DNA of 64,000 nt from Candidatus Woesearchaeota archaeon (GCA_016188045.1 JACPIM010000003.1:181-64180); one strand, 5' to 3'; counted from the first letter of the stretch, positions 1 through 9,271 are shown. Notes: generated by a model not told the origin, from the sequence alone. Made by a program: numbers and translations.

Positions 1-96
1 AATGATATATCTAAGATAATGGCAGTTTTAAGGAAAGTTGAAGATTATCTGTATTTTGAAGCTGGAAAAGAAGAAGAGGTGAGTGATGATGAGTAA
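1..96 (+). CDS. 3' end of an upstream CDS (partial, unknown product)
   Basis: Open frame from base 1 ([31 protein letters not shown]) ending TAA at 94-96, overlapping the radA start. Confidence 0.5.
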   Translation, partial: NDISKIMAVLRKVEDYLYFEAGKEEEVSDDE

Positions 97-1132
97 GAAC
101 GTTGGCGAAGAAAAAATAATAAAGAAAGAGGAAAAAAAGGAAGCTTCTAGTAAAGAGGTTACCGAACAAGTTGTTGTTAAGAAAAAAGAAGAAATTAAGA
201 TTGATGAATTGCCTGGGGTTGGTGCTGCAACTGCTGAAAAATTAAGAGAGGCAGGATATACTACTTTGATGAGCTTGGCTGTTGCTAGTCCTGGTGAATT
301 AGTTGAAGTTTGTGCTATTGGAGAGGCGGTTGCCAAAAAAATAATTAACAATGCCAGAAGCAAATTAGATATGGGTTTTGAATCTGGTGAAGACTTATTG
401 AGGAAAAGGCTTAGCGTTATAAAAATAACTACGGGTTCAAAAGCGTTGGATGGTTTGTTTGGTGGTGGTATTGAAACTGGGGCTGTAACTGAAGTGTATG
501 GAGCTTATGGATCAGGAAAAACTTCTTTGGCGCATCAATTGGCTGTTAGTGTGCAGTTGCCAAAAGAAAAAGGTGGTGCAGATGGAATGGCCTTGTGGAT
601 AGATTCAGAAGGAACTCTAAGACCAGAATTCATAGAGAGAATTGCAAAGGTAAATGGTTTTGATCCTACTATAGCTTTGAAAAATTTTAGAGGCGCGAGA
701 GCCTTTAACAGTGATCATCAAATGCTAATGATTGAGAAAATAGAGGAATTGATAAAAGATCAGGGATTGCCAATAAAATTAGTAATTGTAGATTCGTTAA
801 TGAGCCATTTTCGCAGCGAATTCTCAGGGCGTTCGATGTTGGCAGACCGACAACAGAAATTAAATAGACATATTCACGAATTACTTAGATTAGCGCATAC
901 TTATGATATAGCGGTTTATGTTACTAATCAGGTTATGTCAAAGCCAGATACTTTTTTTGGTGACCCAACTGAAGCGATTGGAGGGCATGTATTGCATCAT
1001 GCTTCAACGTATAGGTGTTATTTGCGTAGAGGAAAAAAAGGAAGCAGGGTCGCTAAACTAGTTGATGCTCCTGCTATGCCTGAGGGTGAATGTATTTTTA
1101 TAGTTACTGATGGTGGTATAAAGGATGTATAG
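83..1132 (+). CDS. radA: DNA repair and recombination protein RadA
   Basis: N-terminal HhH ([15 protein letters not shown]), Walker [44 protein letters not shown]. Confidence 0.97.
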   Translation: MMMSKNVGEEKIIKKEEKKEASSKEVTEQVVVKKKEEIKIDELPGVGAATAEKLREAGYTTLMSLAVASPGELVEVCAIGEAVAKKIINNARSKLDMGFESGEDLLRKRLSVIKITTGSKALDGLFGGGIETGAVTEVYGAYGSGKTSLAHQLAVSVQLPKEKGGADGMALWIDSEGTLRPEFIERIAKVNGFDPTIALKNFRGARAFNSDHQMLMIEKIEELIKDQGLPIKLVIVDSLMSHFRSEFSGRSMLADRQQKLNRHIHELLRLAHTYDIAVYVTNQVMSKPDTFFGDPTEAIGGHVLHHASTYRCYLRRGKKGSRVAKLVDAPAMPEGECIFIVTDGGIKDV

Positions 1133-2141
1133 AACCCATACTTTGGAAGAGTATGAAGAGGTTATGAAGTTAAGTAAACAGGGACTGCGTCCTATTAAGA
1201 TTTTTTCTCTTTTATCAGAAATGGGATTTAGTGTAAGCTATGGTGCCTTATATGATTGGATCCATACAAATAAAAAACCGTTTCAGGATAAGGTACTAAG
1301 CAAAATTTCACAACAAAGTAATTTTTTAACAGAAGAAAAGGCTTATATTTTAGGTGTTTTATGTGGGGATGGTTACATAAGAATTCATAATTCAGGTAAT
1401 GGGTTTTTAGTGGGATTAGACGTATGTGATGAGGATTTTGCGGATGAATTTCGTAGATGTTTAAAGGAAGTTTATGGTCTTCTACCAAGTAAGAAAAAAA
1501 GAGAACTAGAATTTACAAATTTTTCTTTAAATCCAAAACCAAGATATGTTATAAATCTTACATCCAAATTGGTAGTGAAAGATTTATTGCAGTATTCTAA
1601 ATCCTTTAAGACTAAAGAATGGGAAGTCCCTGAAAAAATTTTAAGATCTAGTTCTAAAGTAAAATCTGCTTTTCTGAGGGGATTTTTTGATTCTGAAGGA
1701 AGTATTAGTTTAAAAAAACCATACGGAGTCTATCTATCTGTTTGTTCTGGAAATGAAACCCCATTACTTAAAATTAAGGAAGTATTAAAAAACGATTTTA
1801 ATATTGATCTATCGGTTGTTTATTCTAAATCTGTTACAAGATTAAAATCTTCCGGGTACAAAAATGTTAAGACTTTTTATGAAAATATTAATTTTACTAT
1901 CAAAAGAAAGCGAGATAAATTGGGAACTGGTTTGTTGACCTATAAGAGGAAAGGCGTAAGAAGGTATTCTCCTGAGTTTAAGATGAAAGCACTGGAACTA
2001 TTAGATAAACATAAGGATCCTCATATTGTTGCGAGTTTATTGGGCATTAATAGTGCAAATATATATGATTGGAAAAATGGTCGATATATCGGCAATATAA
2101 GAGTTGAGATATGTGGCAGAAGCAATATTTATGATAACTGA
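1125..2141 (+). CDS. Free-standing LAGLIDADG (intein/DOD-type) homing endonuclease with HTH-like termini
   Basis: Two LAGLIDADG motifs ([26 protein letters not shown]); HTH-like N-terminus; C-terminal [13 protein letters not shown]...[16 protein letters not shown]; no intein splicing motifs. Confidence 0.88.
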   Translation: MYRTHTLEEYEEVMKLSKQGLRPIKIFSLLSEMGFSVSYGALYDWIHTNKKPFQDKVLSKISQQSNFLTEEKAYILGVLCGDGYIRIHNSGNGFLVGLDVCDEDFADEFRRCLKEVYGLLPSKKKRELEFTNFSLNPKPRYVINLTSKLVVKDLLQYSKSFKTKEWEVPEKILRSSSKVKSAFLRGFFDSEGSISLKKPYGVYLSVCSGNETPLLKIKEVLKNDFNIDLSVVYSKSVTRLKSSGYKNVKTFYENINFTIKRKRDKLGTGLLTYKRKGVRRYSPEFKMKALELLDKHKDPHIVASLLGINSANIYDWKNGRYIGNIRVEICGRSNIYDN

Positions 2142-2166
2142 TAAGGGAATTAGAGATTTAGAATAA
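2116..2166 (+). pseudogene. Second, displaced copy of the radA 3' end
   Basis: Reads [16 protein letters not shown], aligning with the radA end [15 protein letters not shown]; no start codon upstream of the aligned segment. Confidence 0.8.
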
Positions 2167-2238
2167 TTTTTTTCTTTTTTAATCCTTAGAATTAACTTAA
2201 TGATCTTTTCTTAAGAATGAAATTCCTTTTTTTATTTC

Positions 2239-3156
2239 TTATAAATCATTGTCTTCCAATCTTTTAATCTTTTCTTGTAAGTCTATAACTAACCAAATCG
2301 CTGACGATATCAAAGTTCGTGCCCTTTCATTATCAACGTTTCCTAACTCTGGATGGCCTCCCTTATCCCTATCAAAAGAAAAAGACTTTAGTTTTGAAAA
2401 CTCTTCTTCATTGATAAATCTGTTTTTTAAGAATCCTATTTTATTGTTATAGCTATTATTTATAAATTCATCAAATTCTTCTTTGTTTATTTTATTATTT
2501 TTATTTAACTTTCTCAAACAATTATTAATTACTTTCTCAATGGTCCTACCAGCGCATAATACTGAAGTTTTTCCGAAACCAAACGAACTTATGTTTATTG
2601 CTTCTTTAATGTCTTTATGATAGTCTTTATTAATTTGATCTATCCCATCATAATTTTCTAATGAATTGAAATAATCAAGCAATACTTTCAAAGAGTCTGA
2701 GACCTTGCGACATTCAAAAGATAATTTTAATTTCAAATTCTCATTAGATAATTTTATAGATTGATCGCTTTCGGTAACGTTCTTAATTCTTTTTGTCATC
2801 AAAGAGCAAATATACTTTTCGTTAATCTTATCTATTCTTTTTGGAATTCCTAACTCGGCTAATATTTCAGTATTAATCTCTGATATGTTCTTGTTTATGG
2901 CGCAGATCTTTTTTTGTAGATCATTAACAAATCCTTTTTGTTTCTTAGTCGTTAAGTATTTTGATCTAAGTTCTTTTGATTCTCCGATTATACACTCTTG
3001 AAGACTCCTCATCATAACAAATTTGTTAACTCTCTCTAGCATATCACGAATTTCTAATCCTATACCTGATAATACCATTCCCAAAAGTACTGATGTATGT
3101 ATACTTACACCCCTTCTTTCTTTCTCTAATTTTTTGTTCATTTTACTACCTACCAT
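2239..3156 (-). CDS. Hypothetical protein with a C-terminal HEPN/DUF4145-like domain
   Basis: 305-aa ORF; C-terminal CAGRTIEKVI...DRDKGGH gives an Rx4H pattern in a helical context. Confidence 0.5.
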   Translation of the reverse strand: MVGSKMNKKLEKERRGVSIHTSVLLGMVLSGIGLEIRDMLERVNKFVMMRSLQECIIGESKELRSKYLTTKKQKGFVNDLQKKICAINKNISEINTEILAELGIPKRIDKINEKYICSLMTKRIKNVTESDQSIKLSNENLKLKLSFECRKVSDSLKVLLDYFNSLENYDGIDQINKDYHKDIKEAINISSFGFGKTSVLCAGRTIEKVINNCLRKLNKNNKINKEEFDEFINNSYNNKIGFLKNRFINEEEFSKLKSFSFDRDKGGHPELGNVDNERARTLISSAIWLVIDLQEKIKRLEDNDL

Positions 3157-3318
3157 AAAATTCTTCTTGAATTACCTTCATTATGGTCTCCAAGTTTAAG
3201 GGCTTTTTGGGGATCTGTGTTTAGGTACCCAACCATTTAGTTCAACTTCCTCCTCGTTCCTTGAACCATAAACTTCGTAATATTTGGTTTGTCTAGGAGA
3301 TTTAATCCTAAGGATAAA

Positions 3319-3439
3319 CGCCCCCACGAGGATTTGAACCTCGGTCTCAACCTTTTTGCTAAAAAGCCGCAAGGTCGAATTCTTACTGGTAATTAACCAT
3401 CAATTTAGGGTTAATAAATCCAGGCTAAACTATGGGGGC
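3319..3439 (-). tRNA. tRNA-Arg(GCG) with two BHB introns (left att copy)
   Basis: Acceptor GCCCCCA/TGGGGGC, T arm CGAGG-TTCAAAT-CCTCG; 34-nt D-loop intron (3384-3417, central helix CTGG/CCAG); 13-nt 37/38 intron (3354-3366, helix TTGC/GCAA); spliced loop TTGCGGA. Confidence 0.92.
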
Positions 3440-3458
3440 AATAAGAAACTATGTTTCT
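3320..3458. repeat. 139-bp direct repeat, left att site
   Basis: Identical by eye to 14712-14850. Confidence 0.95.
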
Positions 3459-3476
3459 ATTTTCTATGGCCTTATT

Positions 3477-3632
3477 ATGGTTAAAGTTCAAAGACATAAG
3501 AACGGATATTTTATATCAATACCAAAATCTAAAGCGAGGCTTATGGGATTAAACGGTGGAGAAGAATTTGATGTTGAATATGACAGGATAAATAAGAACT
3601 TGGTATTCATTTTGATTAATAATAAGGTGTGA
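3477..3632 (+). CDS. AbrB/MazE-like antitoxin
   Basis: MVKVQRHKNGYFISIPKSKARLMGLNGGEEFDV pattern; overlaps the PIN gene start. The track's upstream ATG lies inside the tRNA. Confidence 0.75.
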   Translation: MVKVQRHKNGYFISIPKSKARLMGLNGGEEFDVEYDRINKNLVFILINNKV

Positions 3633-4054
3633 TTAGTTTGGTAGAAAAATATTACGTCGATACTTCAATATGGATTGACCTTTATGAAGATAGGAAAGGC
3701 TATAATCAAGAGCCATTGGGAGATTTTGCCTTAGGATTATTTGCTTTGATAAGAGCAAAGAACAATAAATTAATTATTACGGATATTTTGATTAAAGAAT
3801 TAGAAATGAATTATTCTTTGGAAGAGATAAATGGAATGATCAAACCTTTTGAAGATATTATTGAAAAAATTATTAGTACAGGAAAACAACGTGAAGAAGC
3901 AAGAAATATTGCTAATAACAGGAATATACCTGCTGGAGATGTTTTACCTGCTATTATAGCAAGAGACCATAAACTGATTCTTATAACAAGAGACAATCAT
4001 TTTAAACAATTAGTGGATATTTCTGGATATTATAAACCAGAAGATATCATTTGA
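3629..4054 (+). CDS. PIN-domain (VapC-like) toxin
   Basis: YYVDTSIWID, IPAGDVL, LITRDNHF. Confidence 0.85.
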   Translation: MISLVEKYYVDTSIWIDLYEDRKGYNQEPLGDFALGLFALIRAKNNKLIITDILIKELEMNYSLEEINGMIKPFEDIIEKIISTGKQREEARNIANNRNIPAGDVLPAIIARDHKLILITRDNHFKQLVDISGYYKPEDII

Positions 4055-4307
4055 GTTTCTTTGAGATTTCTTCAAAAGCTTTTTTTCTAATTTCTTCATA
4101 TTCTTTCTCTGTTGTTTTCTTTTTTGATGCTCCTTTTAGATGAGATATACTAATCATTGCTTCTTTTAACTTTGTTTCTTCTACCTTTTCCCTTAAAGCA
4201 TTTCTAATGAATTCTGTTCTATTCTGATAGCCTTCTTTCTTGACAATACTGTCTATATCTACTAGAAATTTATCTTCTAATTTAACCGTTATCATTTCAG
4301 TTACCAT
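4047..4307 (-). CDS. Ribbon-helix-helix (CopG/NikR-like) protein
   Basis: ITVKLEDKFLVDIDSIVKKEGYQNRTEFIRNALRE. Confidence 0.85.
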   Translation of the reverse strand: MVTEMITVKLEDKFLVDIDSIVKKEGYQNRTEFIRNALREKVEETKLKEAMISISHLKGASKKKTTEKEYEEIRKKAFEEISKKLK

Positions 4308-4397
4308 ATAGTTATTGTATATACTATAGATATATAAAGATTTCTATTTTATTTTGGGTATATTTTAAATATTCGCAATACTTTCTGTTTAAACACA

Positions 4398-4682
4398 ATG
4401 TATATATCCTCAAGAGTATTCAGTAGTTCAAGAAATTTTGGATTAGTTATTATGGCCGTTATACTTTTTTCTAGTGGATATTTATATTTCTTTGAAAATA
4501 AGAGGGAATGGCTAATAGGTTTAATGTTTATTGCTTCTGCTCTTGGTATTGCAAAAGATCTTTATGGGTGGCATAAAGAAGATGAAGAATTAAAGAAAAG
4601 AAGAGATACGTTCCATATTGCTGGTGGTTCATCAAAAAAAGAAGAACCTTACAAACATATCAAAGAGTTATTAAAAAAATGA
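4398..4682 (+). CDS. Small membrane protein
   Basis: Two hydrophobic segments and a charged C-terminal tail. Confidence 0.6.
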   Translation: MYISSRVFSSSRNFGLVIMAVILFSSGYLYFFENKREWLIGLMFIASALGIAKDLYGWHKEDEELKKRRDTFHIAGGSSKKEEPYKHIKELLKK

Positions 4683-4816
4683 GACTAACAAAAAACAATG
4701 AATCTTTTATGGTGATATTGCCTAAACAGATAGCCCTAGCTAAAGGATGGGAACATGGGCAACCCTTGGAATGTAAAATAACAGAAAGAGGAGATTTATT
4801 GATAAAAGAGAAATAA
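4679..4816 (+). CDS. Small AbrB/SpoVT-like protein (not in ORF track)
   Basis: Manual translation MRLTKNNESFMVILPKQIALAKGWEHGQPLECKITERGDLLIKEK*; ATGA overlap with the upstream gene. Confidence 0.75.
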   Translation: MRLTKNNESFMVILPKQIALAKGWEHGQPLECKITERGDLLIKEK

Positions 4817-4874
4817 TAAAAATACTAATCGTGATACGGAATATTTAAAAATATAGGGGTTTATGTCTTAGATA

Positions 4875-5054
4875 ATGAGTAAAGAAAAATTTATAAAAAT
4901 ATATTCTAACCTTCCACTAAATCTTCGTAGAGAGATAATTACTATTATTGATAAGGAACCTATAACATGGAATGTTGCTTATTTAGAGATTAGAAATAAT
5001 ACCGAATTAGGTAAAAAAGTTTTAAAAAATCTGGAGGATTTAAAGATAATCTAA
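4875..5054 (+). CDS. 59-aa hypothetical protein (not in ORF track), first gene of the protease module
   Basis: MSKEKFIKIYSNLPLNLRREIITIIDKEPITWNVAYLEIRNNTELGKKVLKNLEDLKII*; TAATG coupling to the next gene. Confidence 0.8.
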   Translation: MSKEKFIKIYSNLPLNLRREIITIIDKEPITWNVAYLEIRNNTELGKKVLKNLEDLKII

Positions 5055-5263
5055 TGGTTAGTCAAGAAGAAATTAAAAACCTTGTAATAGCTAGGCTAGA
5101 GACTCTCCCTAGCAATAAAAAGATATCTATAGGTTCTAAGGGAGAGTTTACAAAAGAAGAAATTATTGAACATGTAAAAAAAGGAGATTCTATAGGTAAA
5201 ATGATGGAAGATATTGAATTGGGATTCTTGAGGGCTATGAAAGGTGGTTTATTGAATGAATAG
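5054..5263 (+). CDS. 69-aa hypothetical protein, second gene of the protease module
   Basis: Translationally coupled on both sides; weak similarity to 4875-5054. Confidence 0.8.
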   Translation: MVSQEEIKNLVIARLETLPSNKKISIGSKGEFTKEEIIEHVKKGDSIGKMMEDIELGFLRAMKGGLLNE

Positions 5264-5897
5264 TCTTCTTTTAACTAGACCAGACCACGATGATACTACA
5301 CATTATTTGTATCATTGGAGTATTGAATTTATTGAATTGGCGCAGAAGAAAAATATTAGGGTATTTGACCTAAAGGGTGAAAAAGCAACTAGAAAACAAG
5401 TGGAAGGTCATTTATCAAAAAAAGAGCCCAATTTGGTTATCTTCAATGGGCATGGCGATGTTAATATTATTGCAGGATATAAAGATGAGCCTTTGATCAT
5501 TTTGGGTGAAAATGATAGTTACCTAAACTCAAAAATAGTCTATTCTCGGTCTTGTAAATCTGCTAAGGGACTAGGTAGAAATTCTAATGCTAAGGCATAT
5601 ATTGGTTATAAAGAGGATTTTATCTTTTTTTATGAACCAGATAAACTTTCAAGACCACTTATAGATAAGACGGCACAACTATTTTTGGAGCCCACTAATA
5701 AGTTTGTGACTTCTTTAATCAAAGGTAATAGCATAGCTGAATCTCAGGATAAATCTAGTCAAGAATACCAGAATAATATACAAAGATTATTAGTTAATGA
5801 TATTAATAAGGAAGATACCCATATGGCTAAATATCTTTGGTGGAATTGGAAAAGTCAGACTATTACTGGAGATACTGATGCAAGAATTGAAACCTAA
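5256..5897 (+). CDS. Putative caspase/gingipain-like (clan CD) cysteine protease
   Basis: VIFNGHG and IVYSRSC motifs (His-Gly ... Ser-Cys) about 33 aa apart, followed by AYIGY. Confidence 0.6.
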   Translation: MNSLLLTRPDHDDTTHYLYHWSIEFIELAQKKNIRVFDLKGEKATRKQVEGHLSKKEPNLVIFNGHGDVNIIAGYKDEPLIILGENDSYLNSKIVYSRSCKSAKGLGRNSNAKAYIGYKEDFIFFYEPDKLSRPLIDKTAQLFLEPTNKFVTSLIKGNSIAESQDKSSQEYQNNIQRLLVNDINKEDTHMAKYLWWNWKSQTITGDTDARIET

Positions 5898-5922
5898 TTT
5901 TTGATATTAATTTTAATAACTA

Positions 5923-6126
5923 CTATTTCTTTTTCCAAAAAAATCCAGCCTTAGCTTTTAGTCTTTCTATTTTGCCTTCTTTTTCTAGGTCTGCTAAAAC
6001 CCTATATAGTAAATGCCAATTTATTATTTTCTTAGCTTTTTTCTGCAAATCATTGAGAACTTCATTTGTAGACTTTATTGAATCTTTCTCTAAAACCTTT
6101 AAAACCGAATCCTTGTACTTTGACAT
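5923..6126 (-). CDS. Small winged-helix DNA-binding protein
   Basis: STNEVLNDLQ...NWHLLYRVLADLEKEGKIER...FFW. Confidence 0.7.
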   Translation of the reverse strand: MSKYKDSVLKVLEKDSIKSTNEVLNDLQKKAKKIINWHLLYRVLADLEKEGKIERLKAKAGFFWKKK

Positions 6127-6256
6127 ACAAAGAGTTGTATCAAATGTTTAAATAAGCTGATATCCAAATGTTTGTATCAAATATTTTATCTATTTTTGTT
6201 ACTATAAGTAGTCAAATAAGTTTATAAATAAATGATTAAACCAAATTAATGTAAAA

Positions 6257-8362
6257 ATGTCAACTAAATTATATAAACCAAGTTTTTTAAAAAAATTAGC
6301 TATCAACGGATTAGCTTCTATTGTTGGTTTAAGTAATGTGGCCTGTTCACCAGACAGCATTCTTTCTGGATTAATTGGTTTTGGATTTGGGCATATTACT
6401 CAGCAACAAGTACAACAAACATCTACGCCAACACTTGAAGGAATTATAAAACCTACTATGACTCCTCAATTTACTGAAGAGCCAAAGCCAACAGCCACGC
6501 AAACAAATACTCCTGTTCTTCCTACTTATACGCCAACATTTATGTCTACATCAACAGGAATAAGTACCCCGATCAATACGCTTGTACCTACATATACACC
6601 ATCACCTGTTCCAATAAATACATTTACAATAACTCCTACACCAACTAAAACTACAGCTTATACACCGATGCCAACATCATCCTATACTCCTACAAGTATA
6701 CCTACAATAATATTCACAAATACTCCTGAAAGTACCATAACACCAATTCAAACTTCAACATTTACCCCTACACAAATAGAAACATCTATTCCAACTGAAA
6801 TTCCTACTGCAACTTATACTTTTACTCCGACAGCAATAAATACCATTACATCCACTAACACACCACCATCAACGTCAACACCTACTGAAACAAAAACTCC
6901 AACTTTAGAAGCAACTTTAACAGAAACTCCAATTGATACTCCTACTATAATTCCAACAATTGAATCTACATTAACTCCAACATTTACTAATACTCCTTAT
7001 GATACAAATACACCAACTAAAACACCCACATTAACAGATACACCTACTGCTACGGTTACACATACATTTACACCAACTATAACTCCAACAGAAACACCAT
7101 TGCCAACATCAACTCCCATACCAAGTGCAACACCAATACCAACTAATACTTATACACTTACGCCTACTGAAACATTTACTAGTACGATTACTCCTACTTT
7201 AACATTTACGCCAACAGCTACATCTACTTATACTGAAACTGCTACAGATACTCCAACTGTAACTAACACCCCTACTATAACTTCAACAAGCACTAGTACT
7301 TTCACAGTAACACCAACGAATACTAACACACCTACAGCAACTCCTACGTTTACTTCAACTCCAACTGATACAGCTACACCTACAAGTACGCCAACTCTTG
7401 AATATATAACTGGAACAGAATGGGAAGAAATTGCTTCATTAAATATTGCTAGGGAAAGTCATGGAGCAGCCATAGGTAATGATGGTAAAATATATGTTGT
7501 AGGCGGTGTTGTTTTGAATGAAGAACAAGGAAGATTTGTATCTCTAGATACAATAGAGAGATATGACTTTGATCAAAATAGTTGGGAAATATTAAATTCT
7601 AAACTAAACGTATCAAGACATGATTTAGCAGTTGCTTCAGATAATAACGGAAGAATATATGCTATTGGCGGGATACATAATGATTTGAGCAATATACTTA
7701 AAACTGTTGAAAGATTTGACCCATCTAAACCAGAAGATGGTTGGATTTTTGTTGCTGATTTACCTGAAATAACATATGGGTTAAAAACAATACTTGCTCA
7801 AAATAAGATATATGCTATAGGTGGTGCACATCAAGGACTTACCATAGATTATATTCCAGATAAAAAAGTTATAAAATATAATCCTGATAGTAATGCTTGG
7901 GAGTTTGGTAATGAATTAAATATTCCTCGGCTAAATTTTGGAGTAGCAAAAGATAATGAAGATAAGTTATATGTATTTGGTGGCCAAACCCTTGTTTATG
8001 GACCAGATGGACCACTTTATACATATACACTTACAACCGAAAGATTTGACTTAAATGCACCTGATTATGGTTGGAGATTTGTTGCTCCCATATTAATTTT
8101 TGGTGCTGGTGGTGGCGGTATAAGTGTTTCAAGTGCAATGGGTGACTCTGGTAGCATATTCCATATTGGAATAGATAGTGTTGGTACCGTTCAAGTATAT
8201 AAACCACAAAATGGGTTTTGGGAAATTCACTCTAATTTAAATCTCGGTAGATTCAATGCTGTTGCAGTAACGGACGACAAAAACCGTATTTATGTTATAG
8301 GTGGAAGTGCTCCCTTTCAACGTTTATCCTCTGTCCAAAGAACCGTTCTTACAACAAAATAA
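6257..8362 (+). CDS. Surface protein with Thr/Pro-rich stalk and C-terminal Kelch beta-propeller
   Basis: Lipobox-like SNVAC; about 330 aa of TPT repeats; Kelch repeats (KIYVVGG, RIYAIGG, KIYAIGG, KLYVFGG, RIYVIGG). Confidence 0.85.
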   Translation: MSTKLYKPSFLKKLAINGLASIVGLSNVACSPDSILSGLIGFGFGHITQQQVQQTSTPTLEGIIKPTMTPQFTEEPKPTATQTNTPVLPTYTPTFMSTSTGISTPINTLVPTYTPSPVPINTFTITPTPTKTTAYTPMPTSSYTPTSIPTIIFTNTPESTITPIQTSTFTPTQIETSIPTEIPTATYTFTPTAINTITSTNTPPSTSTPTETKTPTLEATLTETPIDTPTIIPTIESTLTPTFTNTPYDTNTPTKTPTLTDTPTATVTHTFTPTITPTETPLPTSTPIPSATPIPTNTYTLTPTETFTSTITPTLTFTPTATSTYTETATDTPTVTNTPTITSTSTSTFTVTPTNTNTPTATPTFTSTPTDTATPTSTPTLEYITGTEWEEIASLNIARESHGAAIGNDGKIYVVGGVVLNEEQGRFVSLDTIERYDFDQNSWEILNSKLNVSRHDLAVASDNNGRIYAIGGIHNDLSNILKTVERFDPSKPEDGWIFVADLPEITYGLKTILAQNKIYAIGGAHQGLTIDYIPDKKVIKYNPDSNAWEFGNELNIPRLNFGVAKDNEDKLYVFGGQTLVYGPDGPLYTYTLTTERFDLNAPDYGWRFVAPILIFGAGGGGISVSSAMGDSGSIFHIGIDSVGTVQVYKPQNGFWEIHSNLNLGRFNAVAVTDDKNRIYVIGGSAPFQRLSSVQRTVLTTK

Positions 8363-8431
8363 ACTCATACTTTACTCGTTATAATACTCAATTCAATAAT
8401 AAAGAAATATTTAGGAGATACTGAAATACTA

Positions 8432-9271
8432 ATGAAGAAAGTATATGAATGTGGGAAATGTGGAATAAATATTAAACCACCGATTCCAGACACTTGTCCT
8501 AATTGCGGTAAAACATTTAACAAAGAATTAATTCCCTTTTCAGCTTCTAAAAAAAGAAACAAGGTTCTAGGTTGGGTCGGGGTTTCAGTTAGTGTTTTAA
8601 CTTTAATCTCTTTAGTGGTTTTATTTGTAATCCCTGTTTCATATCCTATCACTGTAGGTTATACAATAAAAGAACCATATGATGCTCAAGAGGCTTATAC
8701 TGTTGATGTTCCATATGAAGTAACTGTTCCTTATCAAGAAAGTCTTCCTTATACTGATGTAGAAGAGATTAAAGGTGAAGAATTAAAATATGATATTATT
8801 GGTGAAAAAAATCCACAGCCAACAAGCGAGTATCAGTGCTTTTTAGTGGTATTTTGTAATTATTTTTATGAGATTACAATAAAATTAAAGAATACCGATA
8901 GTATTGCAGGAGAGTTTACCATTAATGGTGAATGGAGAGATGGTCAAGACAAAGTTTTTTCAGATGGAAAAAGAAAAGAAACTAGGAGACTAGAACCCGG
9001 AGAAACTTACAAGTTTGATTTTAAATATGACCAAGCAAAAACACAAGATGTAAAGTTCCAATATACTGTTTCTGCTAGTGAAACAACTTATCAACAAGTA
9101 ACTAAGTATAAAACTGAAACGAAGTCTAAGACTGAGACGAGATATAGAACTGAAACAAGATACAGGACAGTAATAAGATATAGAGATGTACCTAAAGAAA
9201 GAATAGAATATGGAAAGGCCAATTTATGGAGAATATGGACTAATAAAGTTAGTTATTACAGGAGAGAATAA
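8432..9271 (+). CDS. Zn-ribbon, TM and repeat-stalk membrane protein
   Basis: CGKC/CPNC, one TM helix, (E/V)PY repeats and RYRTET repeats flanking a beta-rich domain. Confidence 0.7.
   Translation: MKKVYECGKCGINIKPPIPDTCPNCGKTFNKELIPFSASKKRNKVLGWVGVSVSVLTLISLVVLFVIPVSYPITVGYTIKEPYDAQEAYTVDVPYEVTVPYQESLPYTDVEEIKGEELKYDIIGEKNPQPTSEYQCFLVVFCNYFYEITIKLKNTDSIAGEFTINGEWRDGQDKVFSDGKRKETRRLEPGETYKFDFKYDQAKTQDVKFQYTVSASETTYQQVTKYKTETKSKTETRYRTETRYRTVIRYRDVPKERIEYGKANLWRIWTNKVSYYRRE

Noticed and set aside
28-363. Many antisense shadow ORFs in the track (e.g. 28-363, 20703-21068, 36301-36855, 48461-48907, 49398-49943)
   Set aside because: They lie opposite well-supported genes and have the Ser/Phe/Leu/Ile bias expected from antisense reading.
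1125-2141. Endonuclease interpreted as a radA intein or intron
   Set aside because: No Cys/Ser start or HN end, it is in a different frame, and radA terminates normally before it.
3190-3330. Open frame reading out of the tRNA 3' end on the minus strand (FILRIKSPRQTKYYEVYGSR...), possibly a split-integrase fragment
   Set aside because: Short, no recognisable integrase motif, and the element's integrase is already intact.
3432-3476. ORF-track starts MGAIRNYVS at 3432 and 14824
   Set aside because: Both ATGs lie inside the tRNA/att repeat; the real starts are 3477 and 14941.
6440-7400. Highly repetitive DNA that could suggest a CRISPR or tandem array
   Set aside because: It is codon-level Thr/Pro repetition within one ORF; there are no fixed repeats with unique spacers.
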